A stretch of 64,000 nt of DNA. It comes from Escherichia coli (lineage in GTDB: Bacteria > Pseudomonadota > Gammaproteobacteria > Enterobacterales > Enterobacteriaceae). A model generated the notes under the pieces. The model saw only the letters and a list, made by a program, of their open reading frames with translations, ran no database searches and was not told where the DNA came from. This document shows, piece after piece, positions 53,695-64,000 of the stretch. Each line of letters opens with the position of its first letter. Position 1 is the first letter of the stretch. The stretch lies in NCBI RefSeq assembly GCF_017348835.2, contig NZ_CP071375.1; one strand, given 5' to 3'. A program made the translations under genes and the position numbers.

Positions 53695-55694
53695 ATTCAC
53701 TACGTCCGGAATTATTAGAACTGACACCGCAGGCACTGACGGCGTTAAGCAATGCCGGTTTTGTTAAGCGCAGCCTTAAGGAACTGGAAAATGGCAACGT
53801 CCCGGAAATCAGCCATGAGAACGGCGCTTTAATCGCCACCTTCAGTGACGGTGTCCGTACCCAGCTGGCGAACGGTCAGGCACTGAAAGAGGCTCAGTGC
53901 AGCTGCGGGGCCAGCGGCATGTGCCGTCATCGCGTGATGCTGGTGTTAAGTTATCAACGACTTTGTGCCACCGTCCAGCCCACGGAAAAAGAAGAAGAGT
54001 GGGATCCGGCAATCTGGCTGGAAGAACTGGCTACCCTGCCCGATGCCACCCGCAAACGCGCACAGGCGCTGGTCGCTAAAGGCATCACCATTGAGTTGTT
54101 CTGTACGCCGGGCGAAATTCCCTCTGCCCGCTTACCGATGAGCGATGTGCGTTTTTATTCCCGTAGCAGCATTCGTTTCGCCCGTTGTGATTGTATTGAA
54201 GGCACACTTTGCGAACATGTCGTACTGGCAGTACAGGCCTTTGTCCAGGCAAAAGCGCAGCAAGCGGAATTGACTCATTTAATCTGGCAGATGCGCAGCG
54301 AACACGTCACATCATCTGACGATCCGTTTGCCAGCGAAGAAGGCAACGCGTGTCGTCAATATGTTCAGCAATTAAGCCAGGCATTATGGCTTGGCGGCAT
54401 CAGCCAGCCGCTCATCCATTACGAGGCAGCATTCAACCGCGCATTGCAGGCGGCAGAGGCCTGCAACTGGCGCTGGATGAGTGAGTCACTACGACAGCTA
54501 CGGGCAAGCGTTGATGCCTTCCATGCCCGCGCCAGCCACTATCATGCCGGAGAATGCTTACGTCAGCTTGCGGCATTAAACAGTCGATTAAATTGCGCAC
54601 AAGAGATGGCGCGCCGCGACAGTATCAGTGAAGTTCCTCCCATGCCGTGGCGAACGGTGGTTGGCGCAGGCATTGCTGGCGAAGCAAAGCTTGATCATTT
54701 GCGGCTGGTGTCGCTAGGTATGCGTTGCTGGCAGGATATTGAGCAGTATGGTTTACGCATCTGGTTTACCGATCCCGACACCGGCAGTATTTTGCACCTT
54801 TCGCGCAGTTGGCCGCGAAGTGAACAGGAAAACTCACCGGCAGCGACGCGTCGGCTATTTAGTTTTCAGGCAGGCGCGCTGGCGGGTGGGCAAATTGTTT
54901 CACAAGCAGCAAAACGCAGTGCCGATGGCGAGCTGCTGTTAGCTACCCGCAACCGCTTGAGTAGTGTTATTCCACTGTCGCCAGACGCCTGGAAAATGCT
55001 GAGTACGCCGCTGCGCCAGCCGGGCATTGTGGCTTTGCGGGAATATTTACGCCAGCGTCCCCCCTCCTGCATACGGCCTCTTAATCAGGTCGATAACTTA
55101 TTTATTCTGCCGGTCGCTGAGTGTATTTCGCTCGGTTGGGATAGCAGCCGCCAGACGCTGGATGCGCAGGTAATCAGCGGCGAAGGTGAAGATAATCTGC
55201 TGACGTTATCACTGCCAGCCTCAGCCAGCGCGCCTTATGCCGTTGAACGCATGGCGGCGCTTTTGCAACAAACAGACGACCCCGTGTGTCTGGTTTCTGG
55301 CTTTGTCAGTTTTGTTGATGGGCAATTGACACTGGAACCACAGGTAATGATGACAAAGACTCGAGCCTGGGCGCTGGACGCAGAAACTGCGCCTGTGGTG
55401 GCATCACTACCTTCTGCCAGCGTTCTGCCTGTGCCGTCTACTGCTCATCAGTTGCTGATGCGCTGCCAGGCATTACTTATTCAACTGCTCCATAACGGCT
55501 GGCGCTATCAGGAACAGAGTGCTATTGGTCAGGCAGAGTTGCTGGCGAATGACCTCACCGCGGTGGGTTTTTATCGGCTGGCACATATGTTGGGACAATT
55601 TCGTAATACAGAAAGCGAGGCATGGGTAGAAGCAATGAATAACGGTGTTTTGCTGTGCGAACAATTATTCCCCATGCTTCAGCAACAAGGATGA
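53691..55694 (+). CDS. yehQ: SWIM zinc-finger protein YehQ (667 aa from the ATG overlapping the yehP stop)
   Basis: ATGA overlap with yehP stop; two CxCx5CxH SWIM motifs at 53898-53930 (CSCGASGMCRH) and 54186-54218 (CDCIEGTLCEH). Confidence 0.8.
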   Translation: MNSLRPELLELTPQALTALSNAGFVKRSLKELENGNVPEISHENGALIATFSDGVRTQLANGQALKEAQCSCGASGMCRHRVMLVLSYQRLCATVQPTEKEEEWDPAIWLEELATLPDATRKRAQALVAKGITIELFCTPGEIPSARLPMSDVRFYSRSSIRFARCDCIEGTLCEHVVLAVQAFVQAKAQQAELTHLIWQMRSEHVTSSDDPFASEEGNACRQYVQQLSQALWLGGISQPLIHYEAAFNRALQAAEACNWRWMSESLRQLRASVDAFHARASHYHAGECLRQLAALNSRLNCAQEMARRDSISEVPPMPWRTVVGAGIAGEAKLDHLRLVSLGMRCWQDIEQYGLRIWFTDPDTGSILHLSRSWPRSEQENSPAATRRLFSFQAGALAGGQIVSQAAKRSADGELLLATRNRLSSVIPLSPDAWKMLSTPLRQPGIVALREYLRQRPPSCIRPLNQVDNLFILPVAECISLGWDSSRQTLDAQVISGEGEDNLLTLSLPASASAPYAVERMAALLQQTDDPVCLVSGFVSFVDGQLTLEPQVMMTKTRAWALDAETAPVVASLPSASVLPVPSTAHQLLMRCQALLIQLLHNGWRYQEQSAIGQAELLANDLTAVGFYRLAHMLGQFRNTESEAWVEAMNNGVLLCEQLFPMLQQQG

Positions 55695-55818
55695 AATAGT
55701 GCTTTTTACTAAGAGTTCTACTCCAGTTCCGGACTGCTCACGCCACGGTATTAGGCATATCCTATATAGCCCCTGGTGAGAGTCACCAGTTCCTTGATTA
55801 AATAAAATGGAGTTTTAC

Positions 55819-56280
55819 ATGAAGGCTTTCAATAAGCTGTTTTCCCTTGTTGTTGCATCTGTTCTGGTTTTCTCTCTTGCTGGCTGCGGTGACAAAGAAG
55901 AATCGAAGAAATTCAGCGCCAATCTGAACGGCACTGAAATTGCCATTACCCATGTCTACAAAGGTGACAAGGTGCTTAAGCAATCTTCTGAAACCAAAAT
56001 TCAATTTGCCTCCATTGGTGCAACCACCAAAGAAGACGCTGCCAAGACACTTGAGCCGTTAAGCGCCAAATACAAAAACATCGCGGGTGTTGAAGAAAAA
56101 TTAACCTATACCGATACCTACGCGCAGGAAAACGTGACTATCGATATGGAAAAAGTGGATTTTAAAGCCCTGCAGGGTATTTCAGGAATCAACGTTTCTG
56201 CTGAAGATGCCAAAAAAGGTATCACTATGGCGCAAATGGAACTGGTGATGAAAGCCGCTGGTTTTAAAGAAGTGAAATAA
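55819..56280 (+). CDS. yehR: Lipoprotein YehR (153 aa), DUF1307
   Basis: Signal peptide with lipobox LAGC; GGAG RBS. Confidence 0.85.
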   Translation: MKAFNKLFSLVVASVLVFSLAGCGDKEESKKFSANLNGTEIAITHVYKGDKVLKQSSETKIQFASIGATTKEDAAKTLEPLSAKYKNIAGVEEKLTYTDTYAQENVTIDMEKVDFKALQGISGINVSAEDAKKGITMAQMELVMKAAGFKEVK

Positions 56281-56320
56281 TCTGTCGGCGGCCATGTTTC
56301 GCATGGCCGCCATACCCGTC

Positions 56321-56791
56321 TTAGCTTTTCTTCACATGCTGGCGCGCTGCCAGTCCACGCAGAAAATAACGTAAAAATTGATCGCCGCATTCGCGAAAGT
56401 TTTTATGATCCGGTGCGCGCATCATCGCTGTAATTTCCGGCATCGAAACGCGGAACTGCTGTTCGGTGAGGATCGCCAGAATGTCATCGGTTTTCAGCGA
56501 AAACGCGATGCGTAATTTTTTCAGCACGATGTTGTTATTAATGCGACGTTCCGGCTCCAGTGCCGGAGCAGACTCATCCTTGCCGCGTTTTTCATAAATC
56601 AGGCCATTGAGGAATGACGACAAAACAATGTCCGGACAACGCTGAAAACCCTCTTCGTCTTCTTTACGTAGCCAGACGGCGATCTGTTCCGCGGTGGCTT
56701 CGACATTACCCAGCGCCAGAATACGCACCAGGTCATTATTATTGGCTTTCAAAATGTAGCGCACGCTGCGCAGAATATCGTTACTTAGCAT
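56321..56791 (-). CDS. yehS: DUF1456-family protein YehS (156 aa)
   Basis: Internally duplicated DUF1456-like halves; start at MLSNDILRSVRY. Confidence 0.8.
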   Translation of the reverse strand: MLSNDILRSVRYILKANNNDLVRILALGNVEATAEQIAVWLRKEDEEGFQRCPDIVLSSFLNGLIYEKRGKDESAPALEPERRINNNIVLKKLRIAFSLKTDDILAILTEQQFRVSMPEITAMMRAPDHKNFRECGDQFLRYFLRGLAARQHVKKS

Positions 56792-56837
56792 GAGGCCTTC
56801 AGGTGTTGATGAGGCAAAAAGCCATTTTAGCAGTCTT

Positions 56838-57557
56838 TTACAGGCCAATCGCCTCTTTTAAGCTTTTCAGATAACGGCGGCTGACCGGCACGGTTAAGCC
56901 ATTACGCAAAATCAACTCGGCCTGGCCGTTATCTTCCAGACGAATCTCCTGTAAATGCGCGAGGTTAACCAGATACTGACGATGGCAGCGCAGTAGTGGT
57001 GTACGACTTTCCAGGGTACGTAATGTCAATTCGGTAAAGCCCTCTTTCCCTTCGTGGCTGGTAACGTAGACACCGCTCATCCGACTGCTGACAAATGCCA
57101 CATCTTTCATTTGCAACAAATAAATCCGACTATGCCCCGTACAAGGGATAAATTTCAGCGCCTGTTGATTTTCCGGTAACAGCGAAACATCCTGCTTGCT
57201 GCGTTCCTGACGCAAACGCGCCAGCGTTTTCTCCAGTCGCGCTTCATCAATTGGCTTCAGCAGATAGTCAAAGGCATGTTCTTCAAAGGCTTTAATAGCG
57301 TATTCGTCAAACGCGGTGAGAAAAACAATATACGGACGATGTTCCGGGTCGAGCATCCCCACCATTTCCAGACCACTGATGCGCGGCATCTGGATATCGA
57401 GAAACAGCACATCCGGGCGCAGTTTATGCACCGCGCCGATCCCTTCCACGGCGTTTGAACACTCACCAACGATTTCAATATCGCTCTGCTCCTGCAAAAA
57501 TACGCGCAGGTTCTCCCGTGCTAACGGTTCATCATCGACAATTAAGACTTTAATCAT
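56838..57557 (-). CDS. btsR: LytTR-family response regulator BtsR (YehT), 239 aa
   Basis: Receiver domain ([11 protein letters not shown]) plus LytTR DNA-binding domain. Confidence 0.9.
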
Positions 57558-59239
57558 GCCTCGTCCCTCCATGGTAGTCGTAACGTTATTCGGGTGTAAC
57601 TATCAGGCTCACAGGCGACGCTTATCCCATAGTCATCGCCAAACCGTTCACGTAAACGCTTATCCACCAGATTCATACCCAGCCCACTGGCATTGGTTAC
57701 CGGTTGATACAAACCGGCATTGTCTTCGATCTCCAGCATCAAATGTTGCCCCTCACGTCGGGCGCTGATTGCCACTCGCCCTGTATCCAGCAGTTGTGAT
57801 GTCCCATGTTTAATGGCGTTTTCCACTATCGGTTGCAGGGTAAACGCGGGCAATTGCTGCTGGGATAATTCTTGCGGAATAGCAATGTTGACCTGCAACC
57901 GCGACTGGAAGCGCGCCTTTTCAATTTGCAGATAAGCGTTCACATGTTCAATTTCGTCGGCGAGAGTAACAAACTCCGAAGGCCGCTTTAAGTTTTTGCG
58001 GAAAAAAGTGGAAAGATACTGCACCAGCTGGCTGGCCTGTTCGCTGTCGCGACGGATCACAGCTTTAATGGTGTTAAGCGCATTAAACAAAAAATGGGGG
58101 TTCACCTGGGCGTGAAGCAGTTTGATCTCTGACTGGGTGAGCATCGCTTTTTGCCGCTCATATTGCCCGGCGAGGATCTGCGCCGAAAGCAGTTGCGCAA
58201 TCCCCTCGCCCAGCGTGCGGTTGATTGAACTGAATAAACGGTTTTTGGCTTCATACAATTTGATGGTGCCCATCACCCGCTGATTTTCACCACGCAACGG
58301 AATTACCAGCGTCGACCCCAGTTTGCATTGCGGATGCAAAGAGCAACGATAAGGTACTTCGTTGCCATCAGCGTAGACCACTTCACCGGTTTCAATCGCT
58401 TTTAAAGTATAAGTTGAAGAAATCGGTTTGCCGGGTAAATGGTGGTCGTCACCAATTCCGGTAAAGGCCAGCAATTTCTCTCGATCGGTAATCGCGACTG
58501 CACCAATATCCAGCTCCTGATACAGCACCTGAGCCACTTTCATGCTGTTCACTTCGTTAAACCCCTGTCGCAAAATGCCTTCCGTCGAGGCTGCCACTTT
58601 CAGCGCAGTGGCAGAAAAAGCCGAAGTGTATTTTTCAAACATCGCGCGTTTATCGAGCAATATACGCATAAACAGCGCCGCGCCGACGGTATTGGTGACC
58701 ATCATTGGCGCAGCAATATTACTCACCAGACGCACCGCATCTTCATAAGGTCGGGCGATCGCCAGGATGATCAGCATTTGCACCATTTCAGCGACGAACG
58801 TGACGGCACCGGCGGTAATGGGGTTAAAGACTTTATCAGTGCGCCCGCGGCGGATCAGGATGCTGTGTACCAGGCCACCGAGCAATCCTTCAACGATGGT
58901 CGAGATCATGCAACTTAACGCGGTCATGCCCCCCATCGAATATCGATGTAACCCGCCGGTCAGACCAACCAGCCCACCGACGACCGGACCGCCGAGTAAG
59001 CCGCCCATTACCGCGCCTATCGCACGGGTATTGGCAATAGAATCGTCAATGTGCAACCCAAACCAGGTGCCCATGATGCAGAAGATGGAAAAGACGATGT
59101 AGCAGAGAAATTTATGCGGCAGACGAACCGTGACCTGCATTAACGGTATGAATAATGGCGTTTTACTCATTAACCACGCAATGACTAAAAAAACGCACAT
59201 CTGCTGAAGCAGCAGCAACACCAGATTAAAATCGTACAT
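57554..59239 (-). CDS. btsS: LytS-type sensor histidine kinase BtsS (YehU), 561 aa
   Basis: 5TM LytS-type N-terminus, GAF-like region, His-kinase C-terminus; overlaps btsR start. Confidence 0.9.
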
Positions 59240-59460
59240 ACCCGCAAACCACACTTCCCTTTAAAACGCGTAACATACATTGCCTGCGTTTAACTTTCTT
59301 TGAACTCTTGCAGAAAAATGAGAATTCGTGAGTACGATCACTCAAAATCGCCTGGCAAAAATAAAATCACCCTATAGATGCACAAAAAACGGGCAAAACT
59401 ACCTGGTTCGCAAAACTGCGTCTAAAGTTAAACCGGGACCTCGCGAGCAAGGGTGAGACG

Positions 59461-60192
59461 ATGGCGCTTTACACAATTGGTGAAGTGGCGTTGCTTTGTG
59501 ATATTAACCCTGTCACGTTACGCGCGTGGCAGAGGCGTTACGGATTGCTGAAACCGCAACGGACAGACGGCGGTCATCGGCTGTTCAACGATGCCGATAT
59601 TGACCGGATCCGCGAGATCAAACGCTGGATCGACAACGGCGTACAGGTCAGCAAAGTTAAAATGCTGCTCAGTAATGAAAATGTTGATGTGCAGAACGGC
59701 TGGCGCGATCAGCAAGAAACATTACTGACTTACTTGCAAAGCGGCAATCTGCATAGCCTGCGAACGTGGATCAAAGAGCGCGGTCAGGATTACCCCGCCC
59801 AGACGCTCACCACGCATTTGTTTATTCCTCTGCGTCGACGGCTTCAGTGCCAACAACCGACTCTCCAGGCGCTGCTGGCGATCCTCGACGGCGTACTGAT
59901 CAACTACATCGCCATTTGTCTGGCTTCGGCACGTAAAAAACAGGGTAAAGATGCGCTGGTGGTTGGCTGGAATATTCAGGATACCACCCGTCTGTGGCTG
60001 GAGGGCTGGATTGCCAGTCAACAAGGATGGCGCATTGATGTCCTCGCCCACTCGCTCAATCAACTACGCCCTGAACTATTCGAAGGCCGTACATTGCTGG
60101 TGTGGTGCGGTGAAAATCGAACCTCCGCCCAACAGCAGCAACTCACCAGTTGGCAAGAACAAGGCCATGATATTTTCCCACTCGGCATTTAA
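59461..60192 (+). CDS. mlrA: MerR-family transcriptional regulator MlrA (243 aa)
   Basis: N-terminal MerR HTH (YTIGEVALLCDINPVTLRAWQRRYGLL). Confidence 0.9.
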   Translation: MALYTIGEVALLCDINPVTLRAWQRRYGLLKPQRTDGGHRLFNDADIDRIREIKRWIDNGVQVSKVKMLLSNENVDVQNGWRDQQETLLTYLQSGNLHSLRTWIKERGQDYPAQTLTTHLFIPLRRRLQCQQPTLQALLAILDGVLINYIAICLASARKKQGKDALVVGWNIQDTTRLWLEGWIASQQGWRIDVLAHSLNQLRPELFEGRTLLVWCGENRTSAQQQQLTSWQEQGHDIFPLGI

Positions 60193-60251
60193 TGATTCGT
60201 TAACAAATGCGCTTTACTGTACAATCCTTTCGTTAACATAAGGAGTGCATT

Positions 60252-60359
60252 ATGCGCATAGCTAAAATTGGGGTCATCGCCCTGTTCCTGTTTATGGCGT
60301 TAGGCGGAATTGGTGGCGTCATGCTCGCAGGTTATACCTTTATTTTGCGTGCTGGCTAA
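60252..60359 (+). CDS. yohO: Small membrane protein YohO (35 aa)
   Basis: ATG with AGGAGTG RBS; 35-codon hydrophobic [38 protein letters not shown]; below ORF-track cutoff. Confidence 0.75.
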
Positions 60360-61071
60360 GCGCCTGCACCAGCCTTTCAAACAGGCGGTCTGCGATGATC
60401 GCCGCCAGTGCCACCAGTAACGCCCCCTGGATCACATACGCGGTATTAAATCCGCTAAGCCCGATGATGATGGGCGTACCCAGCGTGCTGGCCCCTACCG
60501 TTGAGGCGATCGTCGCCGTACCAATGTTGATAATCACCGAAGTTCGCACGCCCGCCAGAATCACCGGAGCCGCCAGCGGTAGCTCGACCTTACGCAGTCG
60601 CTGACCACGACTCATTCCCATACCCTTCGCAACTTCTGTCACGCTGGCATCAATCGCTCCCAGCCCGGCAAGTGTCGCCTGCAGGACGGGCAGCACACCG
60701 TACAGGATCAAGGCGATAATCGCCGGTTGCAGGCCAAAGCCGATCACCGGAACGGCAATCGCCAGCACCGCAACGGGCGGAAAAGTCTGCCCAACGGCGG
60801 CAATAGTTTCCACCAGTGGGCGAAATTCCGCGCCCCACGGGCGAGTGACAGCAATTCCGGCACCAGTACCAATGATCACCGCAAACAAACTCGAAATTCC
60901 CACCAGCCAGAAATGAGCCAGTGCCAGAGCTGCAAAACTTTCTTGCTGATAAACGGGTCGTGGCAGTTGTGGGAACAAGGCAGCAAACAGCGGCTGGCTG
61001 TAAGGCAGCCAGAAAATCAGTGCCACAAACAAAGCAATGAGCCAGAACAGCGGATCGCGCAACATCTTCAT
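60340..61071 (-). CDS. yehW: Osmoprotectant ABC transporter permease YehW (243 aa)
   Basis: ABC permease with EAA-like loop; synteny. Confidence 0.9.
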
Positions 61072-61075
61072 ACGC

Positions 61076-62002
61076 TTACGCCTCCACCAGCAGATCCCGA
61101 AAATGCAGCGTGCCGCAAGGCTGGCCCTGCGTGTTCACCACCGGCAGCACCTCGCATCCCCGCGCGACAAACAGAGAGAGCGCATCGCGCAGCGTCATCT
61201 CTTCTGCCAGTGCCTCACCTTCTGCCCGTTCTTCGCGACGCACGTAATCCGCCACACTACGTAACGAAAGCAGGCGCACCCCCAGTTCACTACGTCCAAA
61301 AAACTGGCGGACAAAATCATTCGCCGGACGAGTCAGCATCGTCAGCGGATTCCCCTGCTGCACCACTTCACCGTGATCCATCAATACCAGATGTTCTGCC
61401 AGCCGTAGCGCCTCATCAATATCATGAGTGACCAGCACAATAGTGCGCCCCAGCAAACGGTGAATGCGCGTCATCTCTTGTTGCAACGCGCCGCGCGTTA
61501 CCGGGTCCAGTGCGCCAAAAGGTTCATCCATCAGTAAGACTTGCGGATCGGCAGCCAGTGCGCGCGCCACTCCCACACGTTGCTGCTGACCACCGGAAAG
61601 CTGATGCGGATAACGCTCACGCAAATTTGACTCCAGCCCCAGTAGCGCCATTAATTCGTCGATACGATCGTCAATCCTCGCCCGCGACCATTTTTGTAAT
61701 TGCGGCACGGTAGCGATGTTTTGCGCCACGCTCCAGTGGGGGAACAGGCCAATAGATTGAATGGCATAGCCCATTCGGCGGCGCAACTCCAGTACTGGCA
61801 GCGAGCGAATTTCTTCTCCGGCAAAGCGGATCTCTCCGCTGTCATGCTCCACCAGGCGGTTAATCATTTTCAGGGTGGTGGATTTGCCGGAACCAGATGT
61901 GCCAATCAGCACCGAAAAACTCCCTTCCTGAAAATTGAGATTGAGATCGTTAACGGCTTTTTGTGCGCCGAACAGTTTGCTGACATGGCTAAATTCAATC
62001 AT
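61076..62002 (-). CDS. yehX: Osmoprotectant ABC transporter ATP-binding protein YehX (308 aa)
   Basis: Walker [10 protein letters not shown], signature LSGGQQQR, Walker B LLMDEP. Confidence 0.92.
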   Translation of the reverse strand: MIEFSHVSKLFGAQKAVNDLNLNFQEGSFSVLIGTSGSGKSTTLKMINRLVEHDSGEIRFAGEEIRSLPVLELRRRMGYAIQSIGLFPHWSVAQNIATVPQLQKWSRARIDDRIDELMALLGLESNLRERYPHQLSGGQQQRVGVARALAADPQVLLMDEPFGALDPVTRGALQQEMTRIHRLLGRTIVLVTHDIDEALRLAEHLVLMDHGEVVQQGNPLTMLTRPANDFVRQFFGRSELGVRLLSLRSVADYVRREERAEGEALAEEMTLRDALSLFVARGCEVLPVVNTQGQPCGTLHFRDLLVEA

Positions 62003-63152
62003 TACGTTTCACCTTCAGCAGTGCGATAAGCAAATCGAACAGCGCGTCGGTAAGCACCGCCAGAACAATTACCGGGATCACCCCCAGCAACACTAAATCA
62101 ATGGCGCTGCTTAGCAGCCCCTGGAAAACCAGCGCACCAAAACCGCCTGCGCCGATTAACGCCGCAATCACCGCCATACCTACAGTTTGTACCATCACCA
62201 CCCGCAGGCTGCGCAGAAATACCGGTAACGCCAGTGGTAACTGAACATGCAGGAATCGCTGCGCCCCGCTCATCCCCATCGCTCTGGCGCTTTCCAGCAC
62301 ATCGCGCGGGATCTGGTTCAAACCGACTACCACGCCGCGCACCAGCGGCAGCAAGGCATAGAGCACCAGCGCAATCAGTGCGGGTGTCATTCCGGTTCCT
62401 GCTATGCCGAGCTTCCCCAGCCACGGAAAGGCCGTCACCAGCGCGGCAAGCGGCGCAATCAACAGGCCAAAGAGCGCCACCGAAGGCACGGTCTGAATGA
62501 CATTGAGCAGAGAAAAAATCGCCCCCTGCCGCGCGGTGGAAAAGTAGCACCAGATGCCCAATGGCACACCAATCACTAACGCAGGCAGCACCGCACCAAA
62601 CAGCAACGTCAGATGTTGTGCCAGCGCGTCGTCAAACACATCCTGACGGTTGGCGTATTCTTTCATTAGCGAGAGATCGTTAAGCGTGCCGGAGTAAAGC
62701 AACCACAGCGGAATAATGGCAATCTGCATATGCAACAACCAGCGCCACAGCGGATGCGTGGAGATTCGGCGGATGGCATCGCTACAGGCCAGCAATGCCA
62801 GCGCCGCAGCCAGCCAGAAACCACTGCCGAGGCTGGTACGCGCCAGCGCACTGCCATTTTGCGCCAGTTGGGTCGCCGCCTTTCCAGCTCCCCACACCAG
62901 CAATACGAAGACGAATTGCGCCAGAATGAGTGCAAAAATGCTGCCTTTTTTAGCGGGAATAAAACAGGCTGTCAGCCAGGCGCAACCAACGCCCACCAGC
63001 ATCCAGATCGTTTGCGGCCACAGTTGCCAGAGATGACGCCCTTCACCCGAGACTAAACGATTAGGCGCGTAACTGATAAACGGCAGCGCCGCTGCGATTG
63101 CCGTCAGCAACATCAGCAGCGCCAGAACAGGATTAATACGTAGATAAGTCAC
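61995..63152 (-). CDS. yehY: Osmoprotectant ABC transporter permease YehY (385 aa)
   Basis: ABC permease; 8-nt overlap with yehX start. Confidence 0.9.
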   Translation of the reverse strand: MTYLRINPVLALLMLLTAIAAALPFISYAPNRLVSGEGRHLWQLWPQTIWMLVGVGCAWLTACFIPAKKGSIFALILAQFVFVLLVWGAGKAATQLAQNGSALARTSLGSGFWLAAALALLACSDAIRRISTHPLWRWLLHMQIAIIPLWLLYSGTLNDLSLMKEYANRQDVFDDALAQHLTLLFGAVLPALVIGVPLGIWCYFSTARQGAIFSLLNVIQTVPSVALFGLLIAPLAALVTAFPWLGKLGIAGTGMTPALIALVLYALLPLVRGVVVGLNQIPRDVLESARAMGMSGAQRFLHVQLPLALPVFLRSLRVVMVQTVGMAVIAALIGAGGFGALVFQGLLSSAIDLVLLGVIPVIVLAVLTDALFDLLIALLKVKRND

Positions 63153-63158
63153 GGGAAA

Positions 63159-64000
63159 TTACTTCGTCCACCCTTTTTGTTTCAGGTAGTCGGCAGCCAC
63201 TTTTTTGGCATCCAGTCCTTCAACTGCAATGCTGGCATTCAGTTGCTGCAATGTTTTTGCATCGAGGCTGGCGAAGACTGGCTGTAGCCACTGTGCCATT
63301 TGCGGATACTCTTTCAGCACCGACTCACGCACCACTGGTGCAGGCGCGTAGATAGGTTGCACGCCTTGCGGATCGCTTAAGGTTTGCAGCCCCAGCGCCG
63401 CGACCGGACCGTCAGTGCCGTAAGCCATTGCGGCATTAACGCCAGAAGTTTGCTGGGCAGCGGCTTTAATCGTTACCGCCGTGTCGCCGCCAGCCAGTGA
63501 CAGTAACTGATCCTGATCGAGTTTAAAGTCGTAGGCTTTTTCAAACGCAGGTAACGCATCGGCGCGTTCGATAAACTCTGCCGAGGCTGCCAGTTTGAAG
63601 GTGCCGCCCTCTTTCAGATAACGACTCAGGTCAGCAAGCGAAGTGAGTTTGTTTTTCTCTGCCACATCCTGACGCACGGCGATAGTCCAGGTGTTATTTG
63701 CAGGCGCGGGCGTCAGCCAGATTAACTTGTTGTGCTCCGCATCGAGCTTTTTGACTTTCTCGTAGCCCTGCCCGGCATTTTTCCACGCTGCATCGTTTTC
63801 ATCTTTAAAGAAGAAAGCGCCATTGCCGGTATATTCCGGATAGATATCCAGTTCACCGGAAGTAATCGCCCCGCGCACCACAGGAGTCGTTCCGAGTTGC
63901 ACTTTATTGACCGTCGGTACGCCGTGACTTTCGAGTACCTGCAAGATGATGTTGCCGAGCAGCGCGCCTTCGGTATCGATTTTTGAACCGACTTTAACGG
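63159..64000 (-). CDS. osmF: Periplasmic glycine betaine-binding protein OsmF (YehZ), C-terminal part (5' end outside window)
   Basis: Reading frame stays open to the window edge beyond the track's first start codon; substrate-binding protein sequence. Confidence 0.88.
   Translation of the reverse strand, partial: VKVGSKIDTEGALLGNIILQVLESHGVPTVNKVQLGTTPVVRGAITSGELDIYPEYTGNGAFFFKDENDAAWKNAGQGYEKVKKLDAEHNKLIWLTPAPANNTWTIAVRQDVAEKNKLTSLADLSRYLKEGGTFKLAASAEFIERADALPAFEKAYDFKLDQDQLLSLAGGDTAVTIKAAAQQTSGVNAAMAYGTDGPVAALGLQTLSDPQGVQPIYAPAPVVRESVLKEYPQMAQWLQPVFASLDAKTLQQLNASIAVEGLDAKKVAADYLKQKGWTK

Noticed and set aside
56287-56311. 10-bp-stem hairpin (GGCGGCCATG/CATGGCCGCC) between convergent yehR and yehS as an intrinsic terminator
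   Set aside because: Strong stem but no U-tract on either strand, so not called as a rho-independent terminator; it may still act as a stabilising 3' structure.

Overview
This window reads as an Escherichia coli chromosomal segment (roughly the 46-48 min region), and it is not K-12-like in several places. Gene order: mdtB (3' part)-mdtC-mdtD-baeS-baeR, yegP, a ParD/ParE-like toxin-antitoxin pair, yegQ, the sRNA cyaR, yegR, yegS, gatR and gatDCBAZY (gatY carries an in-frame amber codon), fbaB, yegTUV, yegW, yegX, thiD-thiM with its TPP riboswitch, rcnR-rcnA-rcnB, the yehABCD chaperone-usher fimbrial operon, yehE, apbC, metG, three tandem WGR/DUF4132-type paralogs (molR-like, a shorter paralog, yehI), yehK, a ShoB/Zor-like type I toxin with a divergent antisense sRNA, yehLMPQ (MoxR-type AAA+ ATPase, large unknown protein, VWA protein, double SWIM zinc-finger protein), yehR, yehS, btsSR, mlrA, yohO, yehWXY and the 3' part of osmF. 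The most interesting content is (1) the unannotated 29-codon toxin ORF plus antisense sRNA between yehK and yehL, (2) the seven-gene WGR/DUF4132 + MoxR/VWA/SWIM cluster, which has no function I can assign, (3) the ParDE-like insert, and (4) the gatY nonsense codon next to an intact gatR. No CRISPR array, rRNA, tRNA or IS element was found. All gene names come from recognising the translated proteins and synteny from memory, and all comparisons with K-12 are likewise from memory; nothing was searched or computed beyond reading the sequence.
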